64,000 nt of DNA from an uncultured Kiloniella sp. Its GTDB lineage: Bacteria > Pseudomonadota > Alphaproteobacteria > Kiloniellales > Kiloniellaceae. This document shows, in pieces, positions 10,945-21,357 of the stretch. Positions within the stretch are counted from its first letter, which is position 1. The number at the start of each line of letters is the position of its first letter. The notes beneath the pieces were generated by a model, which did no database searches, was not told the origin of the DNA, and saw only the letters and a program-made list of their open reading frames with translations. Position numbers and translations under genes: made by a program. Location of the stretch: the NCBI RefSeq assembly GCF_937128705.1, contig NZ_CAKZMP010000156.1, forward strand, positions 1,906 through 65,905. Reading direction: 5' to 3'.

Positions 10945-11961
10945 TTATGACCAGTAAGGAGAGATTATTTCTGTAAGCTCATCGAGAACTGAATTCCACT
11001 CAATATGGTTATCTTGGCGCAGTTTCCAAGCTTTATCCAAACGGGCGGTCTTCGTAGTGTCAATTTCCATCAAGCCCTTGGCGACGGACAGCATTTCCTG
11101 CTGATCCCCATTACAATGCAAAGCCAAATCACAACCAGCTGACAGTGCAGCCTTTGCTCGCTCTTCATAAGTTCCCGCCATGGCTTTCATGGATAGATCG
11201 TCAGAAAGCAAAATGCCATCAAACCCGATCTCATCGCGAATAACCTGCTTAATTACAGTTGGCGAGACAGTCGCAATATGTTCGGGATCAATCGTTTCGT
11301 AGATTACGTGTGCCGTCATGCCCCACGGGGCAGAGTTTAACAGTTTGAAAGCTTTTATATCTTGATCTGAAAGCTCATCCCGTGATGTATTCACCCTTGG
11401 TAGCTCTTTGTGGCTATCAACTGTCGCACGGCCGTGTCCTGGCAAGTGCTTAACCACAGGCATAATACCACTGTGCAGGAAGCCTTCGACAACCTTTGCC
11501 CCGATGGTTGCGACTTTTTCTGGCGTCGCCCCATAGGACCGATCCCCGACGATTTCATGCGCCCCCGGTATTGTCAGATCCAATACAGGCGCACAGTCAG
11601 CCGTTACACCAAGTTCTCTGAGCTCGTAAGCAATCAAGCAAGCATTGAGATATGTCGCTCTAAGTGCCTTGTCCTGATCTTGATCAAAAATCTGTCCAAA
11701 GATTGCCGCTGGCGGTGTCTTGCGCCAATGGGGTGGACGCAATCGAGCAACACGTCCACCTTCCTGATCAATCAGAACAGGCAGATCATCATTTCCAGAA
11801 AGCGATTTCAGCTCAGAAGTAAGGTTCTTTATCTGATCAGGGGTGTCACAGTTTCGGGCGAAGAGAATATAACCATAGGGATTAACTTCTGAAAAAAATC
11901 CTTTTTCCCAATCGGTTAAGCTATGGCCTTTACACCCAAAGATAACTGAATTCAACCCCAC
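10945..11961 (-). CDS. nagZ: Beta-N-acetylhexosaminidase NagZ (GH3)
   Basis: IDQEGGRVARL, KHLPGHG, SDDLSM motifs. Confidence 0.96.
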   Translation of the reverse strand: MGLNSVIFGCKGHSLTDWEKGFFSEVNPYGYILFARNCDTPDQIKNLTSELKSLSGNDDLPVLIDQEGGRVARLRPPHWRKTPPAAIFGQIFDQDQDKALRATYLNACLIAYELRELGVTADCAPVLDLTIPGAHEIVGDRSYGATPEKVATIGAKVVEGFLHSGIMPVVKHLPGHGRATVDSHKELPRVNTSRDELSDQDIKAFKLLNSAPWGMTAHVIYETIDPEHIATVSPTVIKQVIRDEIGFDGILLSDDLSMKAMAGTYEERAKAALSAGCDLALHCNGDQQEMLSVAKGLMEIDTTKTARLDKAWKLRQDNHIEWNSVLDELTEIISPYWS

Positions 11962-11978
11962 AACCTCACTCCCGAACC

Positions 11979-13049
11979 TTATTTAACTTTCTTGACCAAA
12001 CAATCACGTTTGGCTGCTTTCAGTTTTGAGCAAAAATCACTCGCGGCTTTCTTATTTTCAAAAGGTCCTGTTTGCAGGCGATAGCGAACGCCAACGCCGG
12101 AAATAGACGCTTTTTCAATAATCGGCTGCTTACTACCCAAAAGATCACTCAACTTGCGCTGCATGTTCTTCCATTCAGTCATTGCGCCATCTTTGGATTT
12201 CAAAGAAGCCAATTGCAGAACGTACTGACCAGATACCGGTTTTTGTGAAACAGTCGCCGGAGTTGTTACTTTTGGCTCAGTCTTTTTGACAGTCGTGACT
12301 GAAGATGGCTCTGGTACCACAGGGTCTGGTGCTTTCGGAGCTTCCACGTTTTTGGCCACGTCTTCCTCGAATTTAGGAGCTAAAACGGACTCAACTTCAG
12401 GCGCTTTTGGTTCAGGCACTTTTGGAATCACACTTCCCTCACCTGTATTGGCAAGAGGTTGCTCTTCAACTTTGGGTGTTTCTGTTTTTTGGGCAACGGA
12501 TTGCGCTGCTTTTTCAGTTGCATCTACTGCCTGTGCTTCAGCCTGACTGATCGAGGACTGGGTCGCCGTAGAGTTACCAACCTCTGGCTCTGACGCCTTG
12601 GGCGGCTGCGGTATTTCTGGCGGAGGTAAAAGCTTTTCAACTTGTGCATTTCCGCTTGCATCGGAATCATTATTAAGAACCAGTTTATCCTGATGCGGGA
12701 TAACCATCCCCCCCGGCGATTCCGGTTTGGTTTTTTCCGGTGTCGTTTCTGCCTCTATAAGAGGAATAGCGTCCGGTATATTGTTACTTGGCTTGTTATC
12801 ACCAAGCATAATCAAAATGCCACCGCCAACAACAGCAACAGCAATCAGGCCAAGGCCAATTGGTACAAGCTTTTTAAACAAACCAGCACCGGGATCATCA
12901 TCAAAATCTAGATCGTCTTCCCAATACTCTTCATTTGAAAAATCGTCATGTATATCCTGAGCATCTTGATCTGTTGATACGCGCATGCTCTCGTTTTGAC
13001 GCACTTTCTCAAAATCCTTTAGATCATCATCGGAAGAGTTTGATGACAT
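11979..13049 (-). CDS. ftsN: SPOR-domain cell division protein (FtsN-like)
   Basis: Acidic cytoplasmic N-terminus, one TM segment, Pro/Glu-rich linker, C-terminal SPOR domain (YVLQLASL...YRLQTGPF...FCSKLK); argS-ftsN-nagZ synteny. Confidence 0.8.
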   Translation of the reverse strand: MSSNSSDDDLKDFEKVRQNESMRVSTDQDAQDIHDDFSNEEYWEDDLDFDDDPGAGLFKKLVPIGLGLIAVAVVGGGILIMLGDNKPSNNIPDAIPLIEAETTPEKTKPESPGGMVIPHQDKLVLNNDSDASGNAQVEKLLPPPEIPQPPKASEPEVGNSTATQSSISQAEAQAVDATEKAAQSVAQKTETPKVEEQPLANTGEGSVIPKVPEPKAPEVESVLAPKFEEDVAKNVEAPKAPDPVVPEPSSVTTVKKTEPKVTTPATVSQKPVSGQYVLQLASLKSKDGAMTEWKNMQRKLSDLLGSKQPIIEKASISGVGVRYRLQTGPFENKKAASDFCSKLKAAKRDCLVKKVK

Positions 13050-14803
13050 CAGCGCATCTCCTTAGCAGGTTCAATACCAAAGACGTCCAGCCCCGAAGCA
13101 ATAACAAGGGATGTTGCCTTGACCAGCGCCATCCGCGCCTGTGTCAAATCCTGATCATCCGTCACGATGAAACGTAACCGCGCATTGTCTTTCCCTTTGG
13201 TCCAAAGGCCATGAAGTTCCCCCGCCAAATCATAGAGATAAAAAGCAATCCTATGGGGTTCATGTGCTTCGCCCGCACTTTCCAAAAGACGCGGCCATTC
13301 ACAAAGCCGACGGATCAGGCTTAACTCACCCTCGCTGTTTAGCTGTGACAGATCAACTTGCTCCAGAGCTTCTATAGAAAGATCCATATCAGGAAACTCG
13401 TTCTTCGAGTGCTTTAGGACCGAGCAGGACCGAGCATGAGCGTACTGAACATAAAATACAGGGTTATCGCGGCTTTGTTCCACAACCTTCTCTAGGTCGA
13501 AATCAAGCGAGGCATCATTTTTCCGCGTCAGCATGATAAAGCGCACAACATCTTTGCCAACTTCGTCAATAACAGATCTTAGAGTGATAAAGTTCCCTGA
13601 ACGCTTTGACATGCGGACCATTTCACCGCCACGCATAAGGTTGACCAACTGACACACCTTGACATCAAGGCTGCCCTTTTTCTCGGTCATCGCCGTAACC
13701 GCAGCTTGCATCCGTTTAATATAACCACCGTGATCCGCCCCCCAGACGTTAATCATGGTGTTAAAGCCACGGCGATATTTATCTAGGTGATAAGCCATAT
13801 CCCCGGCAAAATAAGTCCAACTACCGTCGGATTTTTTGATTGGCCGATCAACATCATCACCGAAGTCAGTTGATTTGAAAAGTGTCTGTGGACGTGCTTC
13901 CCAATCATCAGGCTTTTTACCCTTTGGCGGTTCCAGCACGCCCGTATAAACCAAGTCGTTGGCTTCCAGAAACTTCATGACTTCATCGACGCCACCAGCT
14001 TCAACCAAAGCGCGTTCGGATGAATACACATCCATCACGACACCCAGCGCTGCAAGATCGTCACGAATAAGATTAAGAAGCTGATCAATGGCAAACTTCC
14101 GAACATCAGAAATCCAGTCTGCTTCTTCTTTGCCCAGCCACTTATCGCCGTCTCTATCTGCCAGTGCCTTACCGACATCTTTCAAATATTCACCGGGATA
14201 AAAACCTTCAGGTATTTCACCGATATCTTCGCCCAGAGCTTCGCGGTATCTCAAATAGGCAGAGTTTGCCAGAACATTGACCTGATTACCCGCATCATTG
14301 ATGTAGTATTCTTTGCAAACGTCATAACCAACCTTGGCAAGAAGTGCAGCAAGCGCATCACCGACAACTGCACCACGCGCATGGCCAACGGTTAGAGGAC
14401 CTGTCGGGTTTGCTGAAACGTATTCAACATTAACCTTTTCACCCTGCCCCATATCAGAATCACCATATGATGTTCCTGCTTTGAGGATCGTCCCAACCTG
14501 TTCGAACCAGAACTTTTCATCCAGACGTAAATTAATAAAGCCCGGCCCCGCAATCTCTACCGACTTGATAACATCCAGATTTTCAAGACGTGTCGCTAAA
14601 AGGCTCGCAAGGTCACGTGGCTTCATCCCCGCAACTTTGGAAAGCACCATGGCAGCATTGGTCGCAGCATCACCATGGGAAGAGTCACGAGGAGGTTCCG
14701 CAGCAACGCGGCTGAAATCCAGACCAGTTGGAATTTCTCCTGCAGCAGCCATATCTTCTAATTGCGCGACAACTTTACTTCTTAAGTCTTTAAAAACGTT
14801 CAT
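13049..14803 (-). CDS. argS: Arginine--tRNA ligase
   Basis: [19 protein letters not shown] (HIGH region), RMSKRSG (KMSKS region), YVQYAHAR. Confidence 0.98.
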   Translation of the reverse strand: MNVFKDLRSKVVAQLEDMAAAGEIPTGLDFSRVAAEPPRDSSHGDAATNAAMVLSKVAGMKPRDLASLLATRLENLDVIKSVEIAGPGFINLRLDEKFWFEQVGTILKAGTSYGDSDMGQGEKVNVEYVSANPTGPLTVGHARGAVVGDALAALLAKVGYDVCKEYYINDAGNQVNVLANSAYLRYREALGEDIGEIPEGFYPGEYLKDVGKALADRDGDKWLGKEEADWISDVRKFAIDQLLNLIRDDLAALGVVMDVYSSERALVEAGGVDEVMKFLEANDLVYTGVLEPPKGKKPDDWEARPQTLFKSTDFGDDVDRPIKKSDGSWTYFAGDMAYHLDKYRRGFNTMINVWGADHGGYIKRMQAAVTAMTEKKGSLDVKVCQLVNLMRGGEMVRMSKRSGNFITLRSVIDEVGKDVVRFIMLTRKNDASLDFDLEKVVEQSRDNPVFYVQYAHARSCSVLKHSKNEFPDMDLSIEALEQVDLSQLNSEGELSLIRRLCEWPRLLESAGEAHEPHRIAFYLYDLAGELHGLWTKGKDNARLRFIVTDDQDLTQARMALVKATSLVIASGLDVFGIEPAKEMR

Positions 14804-15987
14804 TTTATCTCAAAATCCAGATTAAAAATCTGTCTATGTTGTTCAAAAGCGTATCGGTCGGTCATACCAGCGATATAGTCTGCGATCAATCTTGCGCTAC
14901 GCTTTGTTAGTTTAGTACCAGCTTCAAGACGCCAATAGTCAGGAAGCTCTTCTGGGTGCTCTGAATAATGCGAAAAGAGGTTTCTCACAACCTGCTTTAC
15001 ACGTTTACGCATTTCTTTGACTTTTTCATGGCGATACATGTGTTCAAATAAAAATGCTCTTAGTTGTTTTTCCACCTCACGAAACTGATCCGAAAAAGCA
15101 ACCATTGCCCTATTTTGACAGCGAATATCAAAAGCGGTCTTCGGGTTTGCTTTCCTTATCCTTGTTTGCGTCTCAGACAAAACATCATTGATCATATAGT
15201 CAACCAGACGGCGTACAGCTTCGTGGACAAGGCTTTCAGTTTCAAGGTTAGGATATTTCTTCAATACCTGGCGGAATATATCACCAACCACAGGAATGGG
15301 CAAAAGGTCATCAACAGTAAAAAGCCCCGCCCTGATACCATCATCTATATCGTGATTATTATAGGCAATGTCATCGGCAATAGCCGCAACCTGCGCCTCA
15401 AGGCTTGCAAAGGAAGACAGCTCCAGATCCCGCGCGTTCTTGCAATACTTTGACATGGATTCTGGTACATACTCTTCCCGGCTGTTCGGCCCCTCAATAG
15501 GGCCGTTGTGCTTTGCCAACCCCTCAAGGGTTTCCCAAGTCAGGTTCAGCCCGTTGAAATCTGCATAACGCCGTTCCAGCTGAGTCACAATCCGGAAAGT
15601 CTGTTCGTTGTGGTCGAAACCGCCAAAGGGTTCCATCACATCATGCATGGCATCTTCACCAGCATGTCCAAAAGGCGTGTGCCCAAGATCGTGAGCAAGA
15701 GCAATTCCCTCGGCAAGATCTTCATTTACACCAAGCGTTCGACTTAATGACCGAGCGATCTGAGCAACTTCAAGGGAATGGGTCAGACGCGTTCGAAAAT
15801 GATCACCCTCGTGATAGACAAAAACTTGCGTTTTATATTGCAGCCGACGAAACGCAACAGAGTGGATAATACGATCCCGGTCTCTCTGAAAACAGGTTCT
15901 CGTCTTGCTCTCAGGTTCTTTCAGCAAGCGCCCTCGACTGCTTTCCGGAGACGATGCATATAATTTTTTCGAATCGTTTTGCGTCAT
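14800..15987 (-). CDS. dgt: Deoxyguanosinetriphosphate triphosphohydrolase (HD family)
   Basis: [59 protein letters not shown]. Confidence 0.95.
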   Translation of the reverse strand: MTQNDSKKLYASSPESSRGRLLKEPESKTRTCFQRDRDRIIHSVAFRRLQYKTQVFVYHEGDHFRTRLTHSLEVAQIARSLSRTLGVNEDLAEGIALAHDLGHTPFGHAGEDAMHDVMEPFGGFDHNEQTFRIVTQLERRYADFNGLNLTWETLEGLAKHNGPIEGPNSREEYVPESMSKYCKNARDLELSSFASLEAQVAAIADDIAYNNHDIDDGIRAGLFTVDDLLPIPVVGDIFRQVLKKYPNLETESLVHEAVRRLVDYMINDVLSETQTRIRKANPKTAFDIRCQNRAMVAFSDQFREVEKQLRAFLFEHMYRHEKVKEMRKRVKQVVRNLFSHYSEHPEELPDYWRLEAGTKLTKRSARLIADYIAGMTDRYAFEQHRQIFNLDFEIK

Positions 15988-16202
15988 AGCCAAAGACTAA
16001 CCCTAAGAGAGACTTAGTAAAGTAAAATGAGTTCATGAATATTCATTGACCAAGCTTGCTCATTTCAAACAGATACCCAAAGCTTTAAACACTCGATTTA
16101 CAACTATAAAAAACATCTCTTTTATAATATTTCTATTACTGGATGATCCGTCCTGATACAGTTCCGCGATAACATAAAAAAAATCCTGGGGGGGGCAGTG
16201 CT

Positions 16203-19067
16203 TTGTATCTTTTATGGCGGTGCTGGGGTGCTTTTGTAGCACTCTTAATTACAATATTATCTGTTCTTACAGTACTATCCATTCTGCAGCATAACTCTGT
16301 ATTATCCAACCTTGTCCAACAACGAATAGCCGTTGTTGTCGAATCAGTAGACGATGCTCTGTCTAAAAATATTGAAAATGCCCCTTCTGTTTCAAATCTC
16401 CCAAATGCGCGACAGATATTGACGCAAGCAAAAGCGCTTGACCCTGACATCAACGCAATCCACATTTTGAACACAAGTGGTAAAATCGTTCACTCAACGG
16501 ACAGAACACAACCATTAAATCTCTCACAGGACGAAATAAACCTGAAGAGAACGAGTAAAAATGAGACATGGAATAAAGAAACCGATAAACAATTTTTTAG
16601 TTACAAAAAAATAACCAATACGAGTGGCCAGTTAATTGGAACTGTCGCAGCAATTTACCCTAAAACTAGCTATAATATCACCGTCGCAAATTTTACCTTC
16701 ATCGTGATAATTACAGCTCTAATTTTACTTCTACTATTTTCAGTGATTGGATTTATTGTCCTCAGGCTCCGACTTTCAGAAGCTGTAAAATCGGGTAATT
16801 TGCTTAAACAATGGTACAAAGCCCGATCTGTTGCCCCGACAGTCTATCAGATCCCAGAAGGCGCAAAGAAAGAACAAGTTAATCCGCAATTTATGGAGCT
16901 TCTAGAGCATCTGAACGCCGCGGATAAAAATTATGACCAAATAGATTCTCAATTAAAAAAATGGGAATCAGAGTGCCAAAACAAAAACGCTCCTGCGCCC
17001 GGAGTATTACCTCAGAAGATTGTGATGAGCCCTCTTTTGGATATACGTTTGGGTATTGCTTACCAACGAAAGGTATATACTTGGATTATCGGCTTGATTA
17101 TTGCTGCCACACTGTCTTTAGGCTTTGTCACATACACTTCTGTCAATGCCTCTCTCAAACCAGAAATGGTAAAGCGAACCGACCTTATTTCGCAAATAGC
17201 AACAAACAACATTCAACAAAATGTCACCGCTGGAATTCCCATAGAAAGCATAAGTAACCTTGAAGAAGATTTAAACAACACCCTCACCCACTTCCCCGAG
17301 ATATCCTTTTTGGGTGTTGCGACAGGAAAGTTTATTTTCACTGCTGGTGATTGGCAAAATCCATTTTATTCAACGACACAAGACGCACGTAAGCTCCCCA
17401 TCTACCCTATCGTCTCAGATGAAGAGAACGTTGGATACATTATCATTCGACCAGATGTAAATTATATCGCCAAGCAATTTCGTGAAGTTGCATTGGACCT
17501 AACTGTCATCGTTCTTGTTGTCTTACTTTTTGCTTACGAGGTCATTGTACTCGTAATGACGATGTCACTGAGCTCGCCCCTAAACAGACTTAAACAGCTA
17601 TCAGAAATGCAAGCCAACGGCGACTATTCCAGTGTTATTATTCCCCGACGCGGAAACTTTACAGAATATTTAATTACCCGACTATCAAACAGGACGCATA
17701 GTATTCATAAAAGATATCGAGCTTTGGCAGCATATCTAAAAACCACAAAAGCTAAGGGTTTCTTTCAAGAAGAAATGACCTCTATGGCTGATAAATTTAA
17801 ACTACCAACCAAAGGACCTTTGACACTAACTTATCCCTATAAAAACGATATTCGGCTTGCTCTCTTTTTATTCGCTGCCGCAGATGAACTCGCTTTATCT
17901 TTCTTCCCCTTGTTCACGAGAGCCGCAGAAAATCCCTTAACATGGATTGATCCGGCTATTGTCATTTCCTTGCCAATCGCTGGATATCTGATTGCTTATC
18001 TTTTTGCGGCCCCTTTTGCCCGGTCACTAACAGGTAAATGGGGTCACAAAAAAATGATCCTCGGGGCTCTAATTTTTATTTTCCTGTCAAACTTTGGGAT
18101 GTTTTTTGCCACCAATGTATTGGAAATCATTTTCTGGCGATCTTTGGGGGGCATAGGATATGCCTTTGCCGTACTTGCTTGTCAGGATTATGTAATTGAC
18201 TACGAACCCCGTGGTGAACGAACCAAATCACTTGGTCAGTTCTCAGCTGCCCTTTTTGCCGGAATTTTTGCAGGTACAGCTTTGGGGGGCGTTCTTGCAG
18301 ATCGATTTGGAACATCCATCGCTTTTATGTTCAGTGCTTTTCTTGTTGTTATATCCGCCATATTGCTTACCCGGATGATTCCCCCGGGGTTAAATACGAA
18401 AACAAAAGAAGAAGCTCCTCTGCGGTTCAAGTCCATAGCAGCATCCCTTAAAAATCCTCGTTTTTTTGCAGTGTGTATGGGGCTTGCTGTTCCACAAAGC
18501 CTTATGGACCAGGTTTTTATATCCTATCTCTTTTCATTACAGCTTGACGCGCTTGATGCCTCAACCGCAGATATAGCCCGACTTTTAATGGTTTACTTCT
18601 TTATGATAATGCTTTCGGGTACTTTATTAGGATGGCTAACCAACAGTAAAATAAGCGAAAGCTCTATTGCAGTGACAGGCTCCCTGATCACGGCTGCAGG
18701 TCTCATACTCACAGCATTTATGCCTTCGCAATGGACTATGTTAATCGCAGCTGCAAGCACCGGTTTTGGCCACGGCCTGCTTCGAGGCCCACAAGTTGAG
18801 CTTACGATGAAATTGGCAGAAGGAGAGCTAAAGCATTTGGGGTCAAATTCTGTCCTTGGCGCTCTACGTTTATTTGAAAGATGTGGCAGTATTCTTGGCC
18901 TATTGATAATTGCTGCAATAGCAGGATATTGGGGATTACCAACTGCCATCTCATCAATAGGGGTTATCATTTTAGGAGGCTTAGTGATTTTCGTTGTTTA
19001 TTACATCGGCACTAATTTCATTGATTTTTTAAACAAAAGAAAACTATCTTCGGAATATGAATCTTGA
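16203..19067 (+). CDS. 954-aa membrane protein: two TM-periplasmic(Cache-like)-TM modules plus a HAMP-like segment fused to a C-terminal MFS transporter
   Basis: Hydrophobic segments at aa ~8-28, ~164-187, ~291-311 and ~430-455; HAMP-like SPLNRLKQLSEMQANGDYS; MFS from aa ~549 with WRSLGGIG, AGIFAGTALGG and GVLADRFG motifs; TTG start preceded by a G8 run. Confidence 0.8.
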   Translation: MYLLWRCWGAFVALLITILSVLTVLSILQHNSVLSNLVQQRIAVVVESVDDALSKNIENAPSVSNLPNARQILTQAKALDPDINAIHILNTSGKIVHSTDRTQPLNLSQDEINLKRTSKNETWNKETDKQFFSYKKITNTSGQLIGTVAAIYPKTSYNITVANFTFIVIITALILLLLFSVIGFIVLRLRLSEAVKSGNLLKQWYKARSVAPTVYQIPEGAKKEQVNPQFMELLEHLNAADKNYDQIDSQLKKWESECQNKNAPAPGVLPQKIVMSPLLDIRLGIAYQRKVYTWIIGLIIAATLSLGFVTYTSVNASLKPEMVKRTDLISQIATNNIQQNVTAGIPIESISNLEEDLNNTLTHFPEISFLGVATGKFIFTAGDWQNPFYSTTQDARKLPIYPIVSDEENVGYIIIRPDVNYIAKQFREVALDLTVIVLVVLLFAYEVIVLVMTMSLSSPLNRLKQLSEMQANGDYSSVIIPRRGNFTEYLITRLSNRTHSIHKRYRALAAYLKTTKAKGFFQEEMTSMADKFKLPTKGPLTLTYPYKNDIRLALFLFAAADELALSFFPLFTRAAENPLTWIDPAIVISLPIAGYLIAYLFAAPFARSLTGKWGHKKMILGALIFIFLSNFGMFFATNVLEIIFWRSLGGIGYAFAVLACQDYVIDYEPRGERTKSLGQFSAALFAGIFAGTALGGVLADRFGTSIAFMFSAFLVVISAILLTRMIPPGLNTKTKEEAPLRFKSIAASLKNPRFFAVCMGLAVPQSLMDQVFISYLFSLQLDALDASTADIARLLMVYFFMIMLSGTLLGWLTNSKISESSIAVTGSLITAAGLILTAFMPSQWTMLIAAASTGFGHGLLRGPQVELTMKLAEGELKHLGSNSVLGALRLFERCGSILGLLIIAAIAGYWGLPTAISSIGVIILGGLVIFVVYYIGTNFIDFLNKRKLSSEYES

Positions 19068-19213
19068 AAAATGAATAGATTTAGGTGTAACGATAACCTA
19101 TCTATATAGTCAGATTAACAACTAGCCTTCGGTATAGTGCTTTTATAGGTACAGAATTTCTAGTTTTCTGGATCATAAACATTAATTGTAGGCTTACAGG
19201 TTATGAGTAGAAT

Positions 19214-19561
19214 ATGACGACAGATGATCAAACTCCTTATATCTCCTTATCAAGCAGTGCCGCAAAGCGGGTGGCTTTTCTGGCAGAACAAGAAGGTAAG
19301 CCGGACTTAATGTTGCGAATAACAGTCTCTGGCGGCGGTTGTTCAGGTTTCCAGTATGGTTTCTCTTTTGACAGTTCTGTTAACGAAGACGACAAAACCT
19401 TTCAAAAGGACGGCACGAAAGCTGTGATCGACGACATGTCTTTGGACCTTCTAAACGGTTCCGAGATAGATTTTGTCGAAGACCTGATGGGCGCGTCTTT
19501 TCGCATAACAAACCCGAATGCCACAGCCTCGTGCGGTTGCGGGACTTCTTTTGCCATATAA
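19214..19561 (+). CDS. erpA: Iron-sulfur cluster insertion protein ErpA (HesB/IscA family)
   Basis: LRITVSGGGCSGFQYGF and NPNATASCGCGTSF with three conserved Cys. Confidence 0.95.
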   Translation: MTTDDQTPYISLSSSAAKRVAFLAEQEGKPDLMLRITVSGGGCSGFQYGFSFDSSVNEDDKTFQKDGTKAVIDDMSLDLLNGSEIDFVEDLMGASFRITNPNATASCGCGTSFAI

Positions 19562-19637
19562 AGTGGTGCCATATAAAAATAACGCGCAGTCGTGTGCACC
19601 CTTCTAACTTTTAAATCTCTAGTGAGAGCCTTATCCA

Positions 19638-20423
19638 ATGGTCAAGATCGCGACTTGGAATGTCAATTCCATTAACAAACGACTTCCAAATGTTCTCGAT
19701 TGGATTAAAACGGCTTCTCCTGATGTCCTTCTGCTACAAGAATTAAAAACTGTCGCAGAGAAGTTCCCCTATCTGGAATTTGAAGAACTTGGGTACCACG
19801 TAGAAGTTGTTGGTCAAAAAAGCTATAACGGCGTTGCGCTGATATCCAAAGAACCTATTACTGATGTCATCAGGGAATTACCTGGAGACCTTGAAGATGA
19901 TCACGCCAGATACGTCGAAGGAACCACCTTTGGCATAAGGGTTGCCTCTATCTATCTGCCCAACGGTAATAACAACAGTAATCTGACGGATGAAATCAAA
20001 TTTCCCTATAAATTAAAGTGGATGGACCGTCTTAACGCCCACGCCCAAAAACTATTAAAAACGGAACAACCCATTGTTCTTGCCGGGGATTACAACCTGA
20101 TCCCAACAGACGATGACGTCTTTTCCCCAAAACGCTTTGAGGGCAGCGCGCACACCCATCCAAGTTCAAGGGATCGTTTTCGTGTGATGGAAAACCTTGG
20201 CTACACCGAAGCCTGGCGCGCACTCAATAAAGAAGCACATGTTTATAGCTATTGGGATTATCAGCGCAGTGCTTTTGATCATAACAACGGCATCCGTATA
20301 GATCTGATGATGCTGTCACCACAAGCCGCAGACATTCTAACGAGCTGCTGCATAGATAAAGATCCCCGTGGAAAAGAATCACCATCGGACCATACACCTG
20401 TGATGTGCGAACTATCTGCCTGA
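19638..20423 (+). CDS. xth: Exodeoxyribonuclease III
   Basis: IATWNVNSI, LLQELK, YNGVA, GDYN, RID, SDHTPV motifs. Confidence 0.96.
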   Translation: MVKIATWNVNSINKRLPNVLDWIKTASPDVLLLQELKTVAEKFPYLEFEELGYHVEVVGQKSYNGVALISKEPITDVIRELPGDLEDDHARYVEGTTFGIRVASIYLPNGNNNSNLTDEIKFPYKLKWMDRLNAHAQKLLKTEQPIVLAGDYNLIPTDDDVFSPKRFEGSAHTHPSSRDRFRVMENLGYTEAWRALNKEAHVYSYWDYQRSAFDHNNGIRIDLMMLSPQAADILTSCCIDKDPRGKESPSDHTPVMCELSA

Positions 20424-20451
20424 CCCTGGGCTAATGACTTAGGCAAGCAAT

Positions 20452-21183
20452 ATGTTCTTCCCCCTATTTGATAACCTACCAAGACTCCTTATCGAAAAAC
20501 CGTGGGTTACCATAGCCGCCATTTTTTGTTGCTGTCTTGTCTATCTTATTCAAGCCATATCACCAGAACCTTTTATGGCGCGAATGATATATGCCTTGGG
20601 CCTTATCCCCGACGTATTACTTGGAAACGCCCAACGCCCACAGTCTATTGATTGGGTCTCCCCCATATTCACTCTGGTTACCTATAATTTTCTGCATGGC
20701 AGCTTTATGCATCTTGCGGGTAACATGGTTTATCTTTGGGTATTTGGTGACAACATAGAAGACGCAATGGGACACTGGCGCTTTTTTGCCTTTTTTATCT
20801 GTTGCGGCATCATTGCTGGCATTGGACAAACCGTTATTACAGGGACGTCTCAAACTCCTATTGTCGGCGCAAGTGGAGCTGTATCTGGTATTCTCGGGGC
20901 TTACTTGCTGCAATACCCGAAAGCTAAGGTTCTCATTCCGATTTTTATGATCCCGATCTTCGTTCGCGCTTACCTGTTACTTATTTTTTGGATTGGCTTT
21001 CAAATTTTCTCAGCCTTTTTACCTGACCAATCCGGTGTAGCCTGGTGGGCACATATAATTGGATTTTTTGGCGGCATGGCCATATTTCCTTTTTTCCGAC
21101 ACAAAACCTTGCCACTGCTTTGTCCAGATGAACTTCCGCGCGGTATAAAAATACGCAATAAATCCAAATTTCACCGTGGATAA
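20452..21183 (+). CDS. Rhomboid family intramembrane serine protease
   Basis: FLHGSFMHLAGNM, GASGAVSG catalytic Ser motif, AWWAHIIGF catalytic His. Confidence 0.92.
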   Translation: MFFPLFDNLPRLLIEKPWVTIAAIFCCCLVYLIQAISPEPFMARMIYALGLIPDVLLGNAQRPQSIDWVSPIFTLVTYNFLHGSFMHLAGNMVYLWVFGDNIEDAMGHWRFFAFFICCGIIAGIGQTVITGTSQTPIVGASGAVSGILGAYLLQYPKAKVLIPIFMIPIFVRAYLLLIFWIGFQIFSAFLPDQSGVAWWAHIIGFFGGMAIFPFFRHKTLPLLCPDELPRGIKIRNKSKFHRG

Positions 21184-21357
21184 GTCAAGGGCCAGTACAA
21201 TCCCTCTAAAAACAAGCCCTCGGATCTCCTAATTTTCCTTAGATTTGGTAACTTTTTTATTCTTTTGTGAAATAACCATGGACGTGAGCCCATGGATTAC
21301 CTAATTATCTTACAAGAAACTTAATTTAAGACACGACGTAACGTTAGGATTATTACT

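Noticed and set aside
14800-15987. dGTPase as an anti-phage nucleotide-depletion system
   Set aside because: It overlaps argS in the conserved dgt-argS-ftsN-nagZ housekeeping order and has no defence-island context
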